Below are positions 14,216 to 28,413 of a DNA stretch of 64,000 nt, piece by piece. This DNA comes from Octopus vulgaris (Eukaryota). Numbering within the stretch: the stretch's first letter is position 1; each line of letters starts with the position of its first letter. The notes beneath the pieces were generated by a model that ran no database searches, had not been told where the DNA came from, and worked only from the letters and a program-made list of their open reading frames with translations. Where the stretch lies: assembly GCA_951406725.2 (NCBI GenBank), contig OX597827.1, positions 64,914,001 to 64,978,000 on the forward strand, read 5' to 3'. The position numbers were made by a program, and so were the translations under genes.

Positions 14216-14266
<51 letters not shown>

Positions 14267-14659
14267 TGAGAGAACCTTGGCCTAAAGAGTAGCCGACGGT
14301 ATACACCTCACTTGGATTTTTACCACTTCTCAGGTTTCGCCCGTTATGAAACTTATGAAACCCGGATCTTACCTACTCCGTTCATTACCTCTTGTGTAAT
14401 TATATGTATGTTAAATAATGAGGGTAGAAATTGATATCAATCAATTAGCATCAATGAACCAGTGGTCTAGCATATTTAAAAAAATCGGAATTTTAAAAAA
14501 TTATATTACAATTAATTAGAGGAATGACCACTGTAGTGGATTCATAATAGGCTAAAGATAGATATTAGCATATTAGGAATCCACTTTAGTGGCCATTCCT
14601 CTTATTAATTGTTTTATATATATATACATATACATACATCGTATTATATCCCTTATCTG

Positions 14660-14727
<68 letters not shown>

Positions 14728-15913
14728 ACTATTTATCTATCTATCTGTCTATCTATCTTTTTATCTATATTGGGGTTATGATGTTGGTGGTAAGCTATCT
14801 TTCTCAGCTTCTCATGTAATATCTCCAATATCATATCATGAAATATGATGCTTTATTGATATCTATTATTTTATTATACAGTCACGTATGAATATAAATA
14901 GTAATTATATAACTCTCAAATTATACTTTAATTATAAATTTTGTCATTGTCTTTTTAATGAGCTGTAACATTATTTTCATCCTCCACTTCTCCACGTCTT
15001 TCACTCTCCAACCCTCTCTTTCTCTCTTTTCCTACCTATATCCTACACTTATTCTTCTTTCCACCTTCGCGCCTTCTCTATCTTTCTCCTCATCTCATTA
15101 TTCCTATATGTTTTCATAAATTCTCACTTATTTATAATGATGTGTCTAAATGAAATCTACTGTGTATTGGCTAAACTGTATTACGGCATATCATCGTTAT
15201 CTTATTGGATACATATTTCTAATTACTATAAATGTTACATTAAATAAGATACATGAACCAACAAAGGTTCATACATGTACTTTTACGTTCTTTCAAGAAC
15301 AGCAGACAAACCTGGTAAAATAGCATCCAGCCTCCTTATTGAGGAAGAAAGTCGCAACTCGAAGGCTTGAACATACATCTTCTGCATCGGAGCTAACCAG
15401 TGCATAAACTCACACCAGGAATAAGTATAGTTGGCCAGCATTATTGAGAGAAGAACTTATAATCAGTGTCTATAATATGGCAGAAAACACACTTGACGAT
15501 TGACACGAGATATTTCCTGCTACCGTATTACGTATATATGTATGCATTTAACACCTCTTAAAGTAATCTCTAGAGATTTCCTTGTAGAAACTAGAGCCAA
15601 CAAAGAAAGTTATGGCGTTGTGTTTAAGACTTTGTCTATTTAAAAATGCGATCGAAGATAGAGAAATAAGTATTTCGTATATATGCATATGTCAGAAGTT
15701 CTTTCTCGTTCCTCACCGCCACATCTAACACATTAACTATGCACGAACACTTTGCTTAAACAGCCATCAAATATAAGTAGAGATAGCATTCAAAAGTGAT
15801 TGAATCGTACTGCTGAAGTATGTGGGACCTAATATTTATTTTAATATACTATGGTTGCATAATAAAATACGGTATCCCTACCAGCAATAGATATATATTT
15901 ATATATGTCTATA

Positions 15914-16300
<387 letters not shown>

Positions 16301-18056
16301 GTGGTATATATTCAGACGGCTGAATATATACCACAAGAATATCCTCCCTTCATGTAATATCCAGGCATTATTAGTTACCCACTGTGTAATAAGTATGGAC
16401 TATTCAATTTCATTGAGAAGGCCAAGGTAGATTTGAGGATATCGTGAAAATGCTACAGTATTGAATCCGAGTTCAGAAACATATGAAGCGATTTTCTTAA
16501 CCACTAGCTCATGCCTACGGTCCCAACTGCACTTCTATGCAAGAAAATATATACACCCATATGTGTGTATACATATGCAAAGTTTTACCGTATTTGATTA
16601 TAAATAAGAAGCACTTCCCCCACTACTGAAAAGTCTCAAAAAAAATCTACTCTAGGATACATATGCGAAGCTGAACCTATATGACATACTTTAATGCACT
16701 AACACTTTAACCCTAAATAGGCATTGCTGAAATTGGGATGCGTCTGATGCGGTAATAAAATAAATAAATAAAGATAAATTTGAGTGTAAGAAGAGGAATT
16801 ATATTTCTGACATTTCGGAGATAAGTTTTTCCTCGAATAACACATTTTAATTAATAAGGCATTTTCAAATTTCGGAGGTCTATCTTTCGTCCAAACACAT
16901 TCACTTAATAATTTTTTAATAAATTTGTATTGTAGTGGACTAAGTAATGAGCAAAATAATTTCAATTCGACATTGATTACTCCCAATGAATATAATCCTC
17001 AAACAGATATTGATGCTATAAATGAAAATACATGCATTCTTAGTATTAAAATATTTAGAATTTTATGTCAATGCAAATCACTTATATGTATCAAAGTAGA
17101 ATTGAGAATTTGAATCACAGCATATACATATTCTCGCTATCTTTAAATTCCTATGTTATTTGTTGCTATGATATTAACATGACATCATATCTTCCATAGG
17201 GGTATAGAATCGTATGATTTTATTCCATATTAGTGTTACGTAATACATCGAAACGAAAAGATGAAATGAAAATCAAAGTAAGCGGTAATTAAACAGAAAA
17301 TAAAATCAAACCATATGGTAATAAAACTGAGAAAGTAAAGGCAGAAACTAAATGCTAATTCTTACGATAGTCCCGAAGGACAATTTTCCATTGGAGAAAG
17401 AAATTTCAAAGAATGGTTTTAATGTGTCAATGATACTCGCTTTAAACGGTTAGTGCCAGATAAAACGCAATGTTCAAAAGAAAGTGTTTGAGATTTGAAT
17501 TCAGCTAAGTTGAGATTTAGCGCTGTAAATCTCTTGATTTGTTCCAAGGAGACAGCAGAGAATGCGCTATCGTAATACAGGATGTCTCCACTAGCATCGT
17601 TCCGTTTGTTTGAGGCAGCAAAATCTCCATATGTCAAAGTTTGTAACGCGCGAACGCAGAAGACAGACTCATTTATACCCGCGCATACGCTTCTATACGT
17701 GAGGGAAAAGTCGCTGACACATTTGGACGACTCGTCAGAAGATTTGTAATGAATATACTATATTAGCCATATTTGGTATATTTCAAGTCCAGTTTTCCCT
17801 ATTGTTTAACTGAAATTAGTATAAGATCAAAATGTCTATTACATTTGGGATCGGTGTGCACACCCAAAAATTAAACAGGACATTTAGATGAAGAATTATT
17901 GTGTTGATTTGTTTCACGTTTTTCTGTCTGTTTGTATGTATACATTATGTATGTATGTATGTATGAATGTATGTATGGATGGATGGATGGGTGTATATAC
18001 ATAAATATACACACACTCATATACAACTATGTAAGTCTATGAGCATACACAGACGC

Positions 18057-18098
<42 letters not shown>

Positions 18099-18138
18099 TC
18101 ATATACAACTATATAAGTCTATGAGCATACACAGACGC

Positions 18139-18191
<53 letters not shown>

Positions 18192-18213
18192 TATACATAA
18201 ATATGTATGTATG

Positions 18214-18267
<54 letters not shown>

Positions 18268-18637
18268 CATACATATATACATATATATCTCTCTTTCTGT
18301 GTCTATCTATCTATCTATTTATATATTCTGTCAGCTCGGAATCAGTAAAATTCGAAGCAGATAAATTATAAATAACGGCGTGCAAATATTGAGTTAAAAA
18401 TCCTTTAGACTGAGAATGTCGAAGGCTTCTGGTATGACGTCAATATGGCCTACGTACGTACCTACGTACGTACGTACGTACCTACCTACCTACCTACCTA
18501 CCTACCTACCTACCTACCTACCTACCTACCTACCTACCTACCTACCTACCTACCTACCTACCTACCTACCTACCTACCTACTTAACTACGTACGTACCTA
18601 CCTGCTTACTTACCTAACAAACTACATACACACAAAC

Positions 18638-18677
<40 letters not shown>

Positions 18678-18721
18678 CGGTGAGGATAGGTCTTAATGTA
18701 AACCCTTGTGGTTAATGAAAA

Positions 18722-18765
<44 letters not shown>

Positions 18766-19687
18766 TATTATTATTATTATTATTATTATTTGTTTTTGCT
18801 CAGCTAAATTGTTTTTTTAAGAAAAAAAATTCAAGTTTCTTTCATCACTGCTATTAGGTGACAAACAAGTTCATTTGGTTTATTTTTAGACCCCCATCCA
18901 CCAACCGGATTGAAATGTACTTTTATCTCTGCACATGCGCAGTATTGCCACGCTTTTCCTACCATATGTTGTTACACTCTATTTTTCGCTAAGCGTGGAG
19001 CTCCATTTTTATTTCTTTTTCTTTTTCTTGCTCGTTGGCAATATGTTTGAAATATTTCATTAAAAGTTCTACCTAACTAAATTGACATTTTGTAAATGTC
19101 TCTGAGTTGCATCCATAAAATAAATTAAGATACTGACAGTACAGGCAAAATTAAATAAAATAATTTATGTACTGAACTCATGTGAAACTAGCGTCTGCGG
19201 TCTAGATCTGTTGTTTAATTTGACGAGAAAATATAAAACTACATATATACAGATACAAAGATACATATATGAATGTATGCATGCATACATACATGCATAC
19301 ATATGTGTATATGTATATATGTATGTACATGGATATATGCGCGTGATGTCTATATCTATATCTATACACACTTATAAGAGTACATTAATGGTGTGAAGTA
19401 ACTATATATTATAGGAATAATTTAGATTTCCCTCTCTTTCTCCTTCTTTCTCTAATTATTTAATTATCTCGAAGCGCAAGTAGCTATGCATAATATCGTT
19501 TGAATATTGGGTTAAGAATTGTTTTCAATAGAAAATGCAGAACGCTCACTATATATATATATATAAATCTGAAGGTTCAGTAAATTGTATTAACTTCAGA
19601 TTTTAATATGCTAGACCACTGCTGTTAAATTGACGTTAATTAAATTAATATCCAATTTTCACCCTCATTTTAAATTTATATATAAAT

Positions 19688-19897
19688 GTGACCGCGTGTG
19701 TACCGTTGGCGATTTTTTTCCCTCCGTCTTCCTTTCTCTGGATCTTTTCTTTTCCTATGTTTCTGACGAAGAGCTCCGCTCGAAACGTTAAACTCTCCTT
19801 CTTCCCTTCCTTCCTGAGCGTCCAATAATACTATACTTGTTCCACGTCCTCGCGTTGTTCTGTTTTCTCTTTGTGTTTTCTTGTTTGGATTAACTAT
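19688..19897 (+). mobile_element. HHR-bearing element family P1
   Basis: Same sequence as 12257-12457. Confidence 0.8.
19759..19793 (+). ncRNA. Minimal type I hammerhead ribozyme (canonical core)
   Basis: GUUU CUGACGA A GAGC UCC GCUC GAAA CGUU AAAC; stem III is reduced to the palindrome ACGU, as in minimal PLE hammerheads. Confidence 0.75.
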
Positions 19898-19910
19898 ATA
19901 TATATATATA

Positions 19911-20050
19911 TAAGGTTGTCCCAAAAGTTCGTAGAAAGTCTTGGAAAATAATGGTCTTTATTTTGAGGAATAATTTTTGTTGTTTTTGTTAGTACTTGGC
20001 GAGTAAAATTCAATTTTCGCAAGTGTTTACGAATTTTTGGGACAACCTAA
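19911..20050. mobile_element. ~140 bp mariner-type MITE
   Basis: TIRs aggttgtcccaaaagttcgta / tacgaatttttgggacaacct, flanked by TA. Confidence 0.75.
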
Positions 20051-20347
20051 TATATACATACATATACACACACACACACAAACACACATATATTTGTGCA
20101 TGTGTGTATATGTATCTGTTTGTATGTGTGTGTATTGGTAAGCGCCGTGTCTTTGTAAACAATGTTTTTCGGAACAAAAATATAGTGGGATTTGCTTGTA
20201 ATATTTGAATTGCTTGTTGAGTTTTTATTGAAACGATAAATATTTTAGTTATTCACAATTAGATTGTTTATTATAAAGGTACTTACTATATTGGAACACT
20301 AATTCTACTGTATTTTGCAAAATAATTTACATTTCAAGCGGTCAATG

Positions 20348-21410
20348 TATTGGGTCTGCCTATAAATAATGTGGTTTTTCACCTGCATACATTAAAAGTC
20401 GGTGCGGGGTGGGATAAACTACCTGCATCATCTTACTATAAAAACAGGTAGTAATTTCACATTGTGGTTACTCTTAGTGCAAGTTTTGAAGGGTGTAGTT
20501 CGATTTTAACAAATATTTTTTCAAATCTATAATACAAGTGACAAAGCAGTATATTCGGCATATTTTGCTTTATATGTTCGATAAAGGCAACAACACAACG
20601 GAAAGTGCGAGGAATATTAATGCAGTATATGGAGATCGGACAATAAGCGTAAGCCAATGTCAACGGCAGTTCCACAAATTCCGGGCCGGAAACTACAGCC
20701 TAGAAGACGAGCCTCGTCCTGGAATATCTTTAGAGCTCGACGAAGACGTCCTGCAAACCCAGGTGGAACAAAATTCCATCGAAACTGTTGAAGAACTAGC
20801 ACAGGAGCTTGGATTTGGTCATTCAACTATTCATCAACATTGCGTGCCTTCGGAAGCCAGAAAATTGGGTCAATATGTTCCTTACAAACCTTTCGAGTTT
20901 AATCGCACGCAGAGAATGAATGTGTGCTCTTCTTTGCTGTCACGTCTCATCAATTAACTTTTTTTTTTGATCGAATAGTGACTGATGACGAGAAATGGGT
21001 TCTTTATAAAAATGTCAAACGCCGAAGACTGCGTAGGGAAAGGAGAAACACCGGCACTCCAGGCTAAAGACGCTCTTCACCTACATAAGGTGTTGTCATC
21101 TATTTGGTGAGATCTAAACGGTTTAGTCCACTTTGAACTTTTAAACACAAAACAAACGATAACAAAGAAGATCTACTACTAGCAGCTTGAGCGTTTTAAG
21201 TCAGCGCTAGAAGAAAAACGACCACCTTTCGTTTCAAGATGAAAGGTGTTCTTCATCAGGATAATGATCGGCCATATACGGGGGGGGGGGATGACATTTC
21301 AAAGGCTGGAGCAGTTTGAATGGGAAACGGCGCCGCATCCACCATATTAGTCGGACATAGCCCCATCTAATTATTATTTATTTCGCAGTCTTCAAAATCA
21401 TTTGGACAGA
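20348..21410 (+). pseudogene. Mariner (DD34D-type) transposase pseudogene with left TIR
   Basis: HTH region in ORF 20538-20957, then IVTDDEKWVLYKN, HQDNDRP and PHPPY*SDIAPSNYYLFRSLQNHL with stops and frameshifts; tattgggtctgcc TIR-like start. Confidence 0.92.
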
Positions 21411-21884
21411 TTTGAAACTAATTTTATTATTGTTATTATTGTTGTTGGTGACGTTAGTGGCAAGCTACCAAAATCGTCTACATGGTGCGCAAAATGCCTA
21501 GCAGCATTACTAGCCTTCGTGGGAATTTGAAATCATCATTATTGATGCTATTGTTGTTGGTGTGAATTTTTTTGGTTTTATCTCACTCTGTTGAAGGAAT
21601 TTAAGTGGATAACAAGTTACCATCCGGGACCTCGCCCACTGAATATGTTTTGAATGATCTTCGCCGTTCCTAACAAGAAGGCTAGCTGCTTGTATTCTAA
21701 ATGTCTATGCAGGTAATTTAATTTTGTTCGATCTAAGATGTTCGTTTCATGTATATTGAAGGGCGAACGTTAATTGAAGGGCCAGTAAATTAAAGAAGAC
21801 CAGGAAAAATTCGGAGTCAGTGTGCGTATGTATGTATGTATGTATGTATGTATGTATGTATGTATGTATGTATGTATGTATGTA

Positions 21885-21930
<46 letters not shown>

Positions 21931-22510
21931 CATACATACATACATATACATGTATCTACATATTTATACAGAGACACAGGCACAGGCACACATATATGTA
22001 TACACACAAACACACATATTCACACATATAAATCAAAGTATATATATATACATATAAATGTACGTATATATACATGAATACACAAATACATACATACACT
22101 CATACATATACATACGCATATATGCTTATATATATATATATAAATATACACACACCTAGTAATGTCGAATAATTGTGCAACTTTATAGTTATAGTAATTA
22201 CGATATAAGTGCGTCGCCTAAAGGCGGTCGTATTATATGTATATAAGTATTAATATAATAAATAGTATATATTTATTTTATGGTTATAAGCTAGATATCA
22301 GTCAAACTCCATTCCAATATATCATATATGATATTACATTTAATTATCTTTTATTCCGATTCTCACTGTACTTTCGTGTCTGTCCATGTAACCTATTATA
22401 TTATCAAATGAAAACCGCTTTGCACTTGTAACAAATGAGTGGTATTTATTAAGTATGTACTTAACACTTTGTTTTTATATAATAACTTTATTCCTTAATA
22501 ATACTTCGAA

Positions 22511-22568
<58 letters not shown>

Positions 22569-22671
22569 TGTATACGCATACAACTCCCCACCAACCACCG
22601 CCGATATACATACACAATTATATATTATGTCGCAATAGGAAATACTAATAGAGTAGTTATATAAATTTTTG

Positions 22672-22732
<61 letters not shown>

Positions 22733-22803
22733 GTATCTATCTATCTATCTATCTATTCATCAATCTGTCTGTCTGTCTGTCTGTTTGTCTATCTATACGT
22801 CTA

Positions 22804-22838
<35 letters not shown>

Positions 22839-23291
22839 GTTTATATGTATATATGTATATATATATGTATGTATGTATGCATGTATATATATATATATAT
22901 ATATACATATATATACATATATGTGTATATACATATATAAGTATATATATGTATATATACATAACTATATATCGACAAACTTATAAAAATAAAGGATAAA
23001 AATCATTAAAATTAATGAATTTTATCAGTGGTCAGAAATAACCTTTTAGGTATAATTCATAAATAGTGCTATATAATTGTATAGAAGACAATTATAATTA
23101 AATGTGGACACTGCATATATTGTAAGGTGAAGATTTGGAGTGCATAGACATATTCAACATGTATGTTCAGCATATAGGCATGGTTGCTTCTGTGCCCTTA
23201 TAATTGTATTCTATACAATTATATTTCTCCATACATACATACATACATACATACATACATACATACATACATACATACATACATACATACA

Positions 23292-23323
<32 letters not shown>

Positions 23324-23381
23324 CACACTATGTATATTTATATGTATATATATTCACTCACACATATATATGCATATATAT

Positions 23382-23576
23382 GTGACCTCGTGTGTACCGT
23401 TGCCGATTTTTTCCTCTGTCTTCCCTTCTCGGGATCTTTCCTTCTCCTATGTTTCCGACGAAGAGCTCCGCTCGAAACTTTAACCCCCTCCTTCTTCCAT
23501 TCTTTCCTGAGCGTCCAATAATACTATATTTGTTCCACGTCCTCGCGTTGGTGTTTTTTAGTGTTTTCTTGTTTGG

Positions 23577-23581
<5 letters not shown>
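23382..23581 (+). mobile_element. HHR-bearing element family P1 (mutated HHR 3' side)
   Basis: gtttccgacgaagagctccgctcgaaactttaac at about 23451-23485. Confidence 0.78.
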
Positions 23582-23628
<47 letters not shown>

Positions 23629-23744
23629 TATATATATGTATATATGTATATATTTATATATATCTATCATTAATTAAATGTATTCTGTGACAATTTTATA
23701 CACTGAATTTATAATGAGTGCTTTTGTATAAATACTTTACAGTA

Positions 23745-23792
<48 letters not shown>

Positions 23793-24334
23793 TATATTGA
23801 GGGTACTACTATTCGTAGATACCACACACTAAGAGGGACCAATGCGGTCAAAACTACTAAAAATAAACAAAATTTTACCGAATGCAAAACTTCAAAACAC
23901 ATCATTTTAAAAAAGAATTCAGTTACATATCACATGTGATTTCGCATTTAATGCAGAATATGCATTTCATGTTCGTCAGTGCAACAAACTCAAGAAATAT
24001 AAGAAAAAACATAACATTACAAACTCGATAGCCAACCGTAGAATTCGTCGTAGCATGTACGAATGTTTATCCTTACATATCTATGAAAATGGCGGGCTTT
24101 TTCGCAATGCATTTCGGTGCCAAATTGCCGAGTCGGAATAAAAATTCAGTATTGAACTATTCCGGTGAAAAATATAAATTAACAATTGAGGATAAAATCT
24201 TTAAAAGAAATTATCAGTAGTCAGCGTGAAAAACCTCGTAAGTGAAAAAATCCGTAAATTCTTCCTATATATATATATATGATTGATTGATTCTAGTTTC
24301 AGCTCATGAGCTGTGGCCATGCTGGGGCACCGCC

Positions 24335-24392
<58 letters not shown>

Positions 24393-24925
24393 GTATATAT
24401 TTTCAAAGATGTGCTCCTGTCTGCGACGCTAACCTCACCAGCACAGCGCTAAACGTGAACTCACACATCACACAATCTCCACACAAAGAAAAAGTATGTC
24501 CCAATGACGAACTACCTCATCACACAAGTATAAGAACTCCATGTCCTGAATAATAAACAAAATGACGCAAAGAAATTGACCAGACAAAACTTTTACCAAA
24601 CGACAAATCCATAAAAGGAAACGCTGCAACTCAACAGTAACGTTCCTTGTTTCATTGATCCATTTTTTTATTTACGTAAATTTACGAGAATTCCGAGAAC
24701 TAAACGAGGCTGTCTTCCAACGTAGAGGCGACCACCATTCTACATGAGATCGGCTTGAAAAGTCGTTATAACACTGGGATATTTTCCTACTTTTCTAAGC
24801 ATGAAACCAATGATTGCCTTAATTCACAGATAAATAAATTACATCAACAAATGAGGTGTTGAGCACTCATTTTCATCGTTCGACGTTTATGTATGTAAGT
24901 ATATATGTATATGTATATGTATATG

Positions 24926-25338
24926 GGAGTGGCTGTTTGGTAAGTAGCTTGCTAACCAACCACATGGTTCCGGGTTCAGTCCCACTGCGTGGCATCATCT
25001 TGGGCAAGTGTCTTCTGCTATAGCCCCGGGCCGACCAATGCATTGTGAGTGGATTTGCTAGACGGAAACTGAAAGAAGCCTGTCGTATATATGTATATAT
25101 ATATAAGTGTGTGTGAATATGTTTGTGTGTCTGTGTTTGTTCCCCTAGCATTGATTGACAACCGATGCTGGTGTGTTTACGTCCCCGTCACTTAGCGGTT
25201 CGGCAAAAGAGACCGATAGAATAAGTACTGTCTTACAAAGAATAAGTCCCGGGGTCGAGTTGCTCGACTAAAGGCGGTGCTCCAGCATGGCCGCAGTCAA
25301 ATGACTGAAACAAGTAAAAAGAGTAAAGAGTAAAGAGT
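24926..25338 (+). mobile_element. SINE family A
   Basis: Full head, body and tail ending in (gagtaaa)n. Confidence 0.9.
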
Positions 25339-25359
25339 ATATACATACATATATATGTA

Positions 25360-25553
25360 CCGGTGTATCGTTGGCGATTTTTTTTCCTCTGTCTTCCCTT
25401 CTCTGGATCTTTCCTTCTCCTATGTTTCCGACGAAGAGCTCCGCTCGAAGCGTTAAACCCTCCTTCTTTCCTGACCGTCCAATAATACTATATTTGTTCC
25501 ACGTCCTCGCGTTTTTGTGTTTTTTTGTGCTTTCTTGTTTGGATTAACTTTAA
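25360..25553 (+). mobile_element. HHR-bearing element family P1 (GAAA>GAAG)
   Basis: gtttccgacgaagagctccgctcgaagcgttaaac at 25424-25458. Confidence 0.78.
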
Positions 25554-25589
25554 CTACATATATATGTACATATACACATGCATTGTTTG

Positions 25590-25873
25590 TTCCTTCTCGT
25601 GCCACGCCTGGGTAATTTGGCCGGTTTCCCTGTTTCATTGGCGCATGGGATTCCCCACCTGGACGGAACACCAGTCCGTCGCAGGTGAGCTACAAGATGC
25701 AGGAGGAAAGAGTGAGAGAAAGTTGTGGCGAAAGAGTCATCAGAAGTTCGCCATTACCTTCTGGCGGAGCCGCTGGGAGCTTAGGTGTTTCGCTCATAAA
25801 GACACACATCGCTCGGTCTGAGATTCGAACAAGCGAGTCCGCTGCTCTAACCACTAGGTCATATGTTTCCTCA
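25590..25873 (-). mobile_element. SINE family D (head and centre shared with family C, different tail)
   Basis: Shares gagtccgctgc.ctaaccact and aagagtgagagaaagttgtgg with 49589-49976; the tail is unrelated. Confidence 0.65.
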
Positions 25874-26683
25874 CACACACACACACCCAAACATATATGT
25901 ATATACACATACATATATACACATATATATATACACGCACACACAAACATATAAATGTATATATCTGTTTGATATATATATCTATACACACAACACATAT
26001 GTATACAAATACACACACGTGTACACACACACATATATGTGTGTGTATGTGTGTTTGTGCGTGTGATTGTGTGTGTGTGTTTGTGTGTGTGTGTGTCGGC
26101 GAGGAAAACACATCACGTAATGCAAACATAGGTAAAAAACAAATATATTGATGTTGCCAGTATCTAAACCGAATATTATCTCCTTTCATACGTGTAAAGT
26201 ATTAATTTTGTTTAGCATTTTTCTTTTATACTCTTAGTGAAGTATGTTAATAATATAATGCAAATTTTAACAAGTGTCTATATACTTCAACTTACAAACT
26301 CTTATGCTTGAATCTACTCACATAGACATTGCTGGCTCCAGGTTTTGTTAACTTAATTATTGCTAAGATCCTATCAAGTATATCTACTTGATTATAGTGA
26401 TAATTGCGCGAAGTGATATAGTGATAATTGCGCAAAGTATTAATTCGTGTGCTAATATACAGATACGTTACTTCAGCGAATAATAAAATCAAAGGAATTA
26501 ACGTTTAATTTAATTATCGGTGTATTCTTTAATGCAATGTGTAAATGTGACCGAAACTGAGATATACAAAATATAATCATTATAAACTAACGGCAACATA
26601 ACGGAATATGTTGACCTGCTAAACGTATCAGATATACACATCTCAATTTACACCATACTGCTTAAAACATATGAATAAATACT

Positions 26684-28413
26684 GGAGTGGCTGTGTGGTA
26701 AGTAGCTTGCTTATCAACCACATGGTTCCGGGTTTCAGTCCCACTGCGTGGCACCTTGGGCAAGAGTCTTCAACTATAGCCTCGGGCTGAGCAAAGCCTT
26801 ATGAGCGGATTTCGTAGACGGAAACTGAAAGAAGCCCATTGTATATATGTATATGTACGTGTGTGCCTATATGTTTGCGTGACTGTGTTTGTCCCTCAAC
26901 AGCGCTTGACAACCGATGCTGGTTTGTTAACGTCCCGTAACATAGCGGTTCGGCAAAAGAGACCGATAGAGTAAGTACTAGGCTTACAAAGAATTAGTCC
27001 TGGGGTCAATTTGCTCGACTAAAGGCGGTGCTCTAGTATGGCCGCAGCCAAATGACTGAAACAATTAAAAGAGTAAAAGAGTAATGTTCAGTCACTACTA
27101 TAAATTCCAGTTATTGTTGTGGTTGTGTGCCTCAATAACACTGCGACTGGCGCCAGTGGACATACATTTCCTGAACGGGACTCTCATGATGACCACGTCA
27201 AAGGATAAACGACATACTGATATGGACCATCTTTTCTAGGTGTTAAAGTTTGTTATACCTACGGTCCACACTAAGAAAATAAGGCGACGTTTCTCAAGCA
27301 TCGATGACAATTGAAAACTAACAAGCGTAAAGTTGAGAACACTGGAGAAAAATCGACGATGCCGTATGCTCCCTTGGAAGGGAATGGTCCATTATATAAT
27401 ATTCGTTATATATTTTGACATAAAACAAGCTATTTGTGGGGAGGGGCATAGACGAGTAGATAGGCGCCAGAGCTCAAGAGGCGTTTGAAATCAGACCATA
27501 AAACAGAACATAAAAACGGAGGAAATACTGCCTTATCCTTTATTCATATATATATAGGCGCAGGAGTGGCTGTGTGGTAAGTAGCTTGTTTACCAACCAC
27601 ATGGTTCCGGGTTTCAGTCCCACTGTGTGGCACCTTGGGCAAGTGTCTTCTACTATAGCCTCGGGCCGACCAAAGCCTTGTGAGTGGATTTCGTAGACGG
27701 AAACTGAAAGAAGCCCATTGTATATATGTATATGTATGTGTGTGCCTATATGTTTGTGTGACTGTTTGTCCCTCAACAGCGCTTGACAACCGATGGTGGT
27801 GTGTTTGCGTCCCCGTAACGTAAAGGTTCTGCAAAAGAGACCGATAGAATAAGTACTAGGCTTACAAAGAATAAGTCCTGGGGTCGATTTGCTCGACTAA
27901 AGGCGGTGCTGCTCTAGTATGGCCGCAGCCAAATGACTGAAACAAGTAAAAGAGTAAAAGAGTAATTTTCAATCACTACCATAAATTCCAGTTATTGTTG
28001 TGTTTGGCGCCAGTGGAGAGACATTTCCTGAACGGGACTCTCATGATGACCACGTCAAAGGATAAACGACATGCTGATATGGACCATCTTTTCCAGGTGT
28101 TAAAGTTTGTTATGCCTACGGTCAACAATAAGAAAATAAGGCGACGTTTCTCAAGCATCGATGACAATTGAAAACTAACAAGCATAAAGTTCAGAACACT
28201 GGAGAAAAATCGACGATGCAGTATGCTCCCTTGAAAGTGAATCGTCTATAATATATAATATTCGTTATATATTTTGACATAAAACAAGCTTTTTCAGGGA
28301 AGGGGCTTAGACGAGTAGATTGGCGCCAGAGCTCAAGAGGCGTTTGAAATCGGACCATAAAACAGAACATAAAAACGGAGGAAATACTGCCTTCTCCTTT
28401 GTTCATATATATA
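26684..28413 (+). repeat. Tandem duplication (~875 bp unit): SINE A plus ~450 bp downstream sequence
   Basis: SINE A at 26684-27083 and 27557-27963, each followed by the same diverged sequence cactac.ataaattccagttattg...ggaaatactgcctt. Confidence 0.85.

Larger units (their letters stand above)
12503..14220. mobile_element. Palindromic array of a ~492 bp HHR-containing unit (two copies per strand), PLE pLTR/retrozyme-like
   Basis: Unit starts at 12503 and 12995; orientation flips at about 13403; both ends abut (TA)n. Confidence 0.85.

Noticed and set aside
14275-14380. Possible further hammerhead (cctaaaga...gaaacccggatc)
   Set aside because: Core is degenerate and stem I pairing is unconvincing.
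15120-15190. Possible GIY-YIG endonuclease relic (LIYNDVSK*NLLCIG*T)
   Set aside because: Too short and degenerate to call without a profile search.
17419-17700. 72 aa minus-strand ORF with a nearby TATA-like tataaat
   Set aside because: Non-ATG start, no recognisable domain and no splice support.
20538-20957. Domesticated or active transposase (SETMAR-like)
   Set aside because: No SET domain; the catalytic region has multiple stops and frameshifts.
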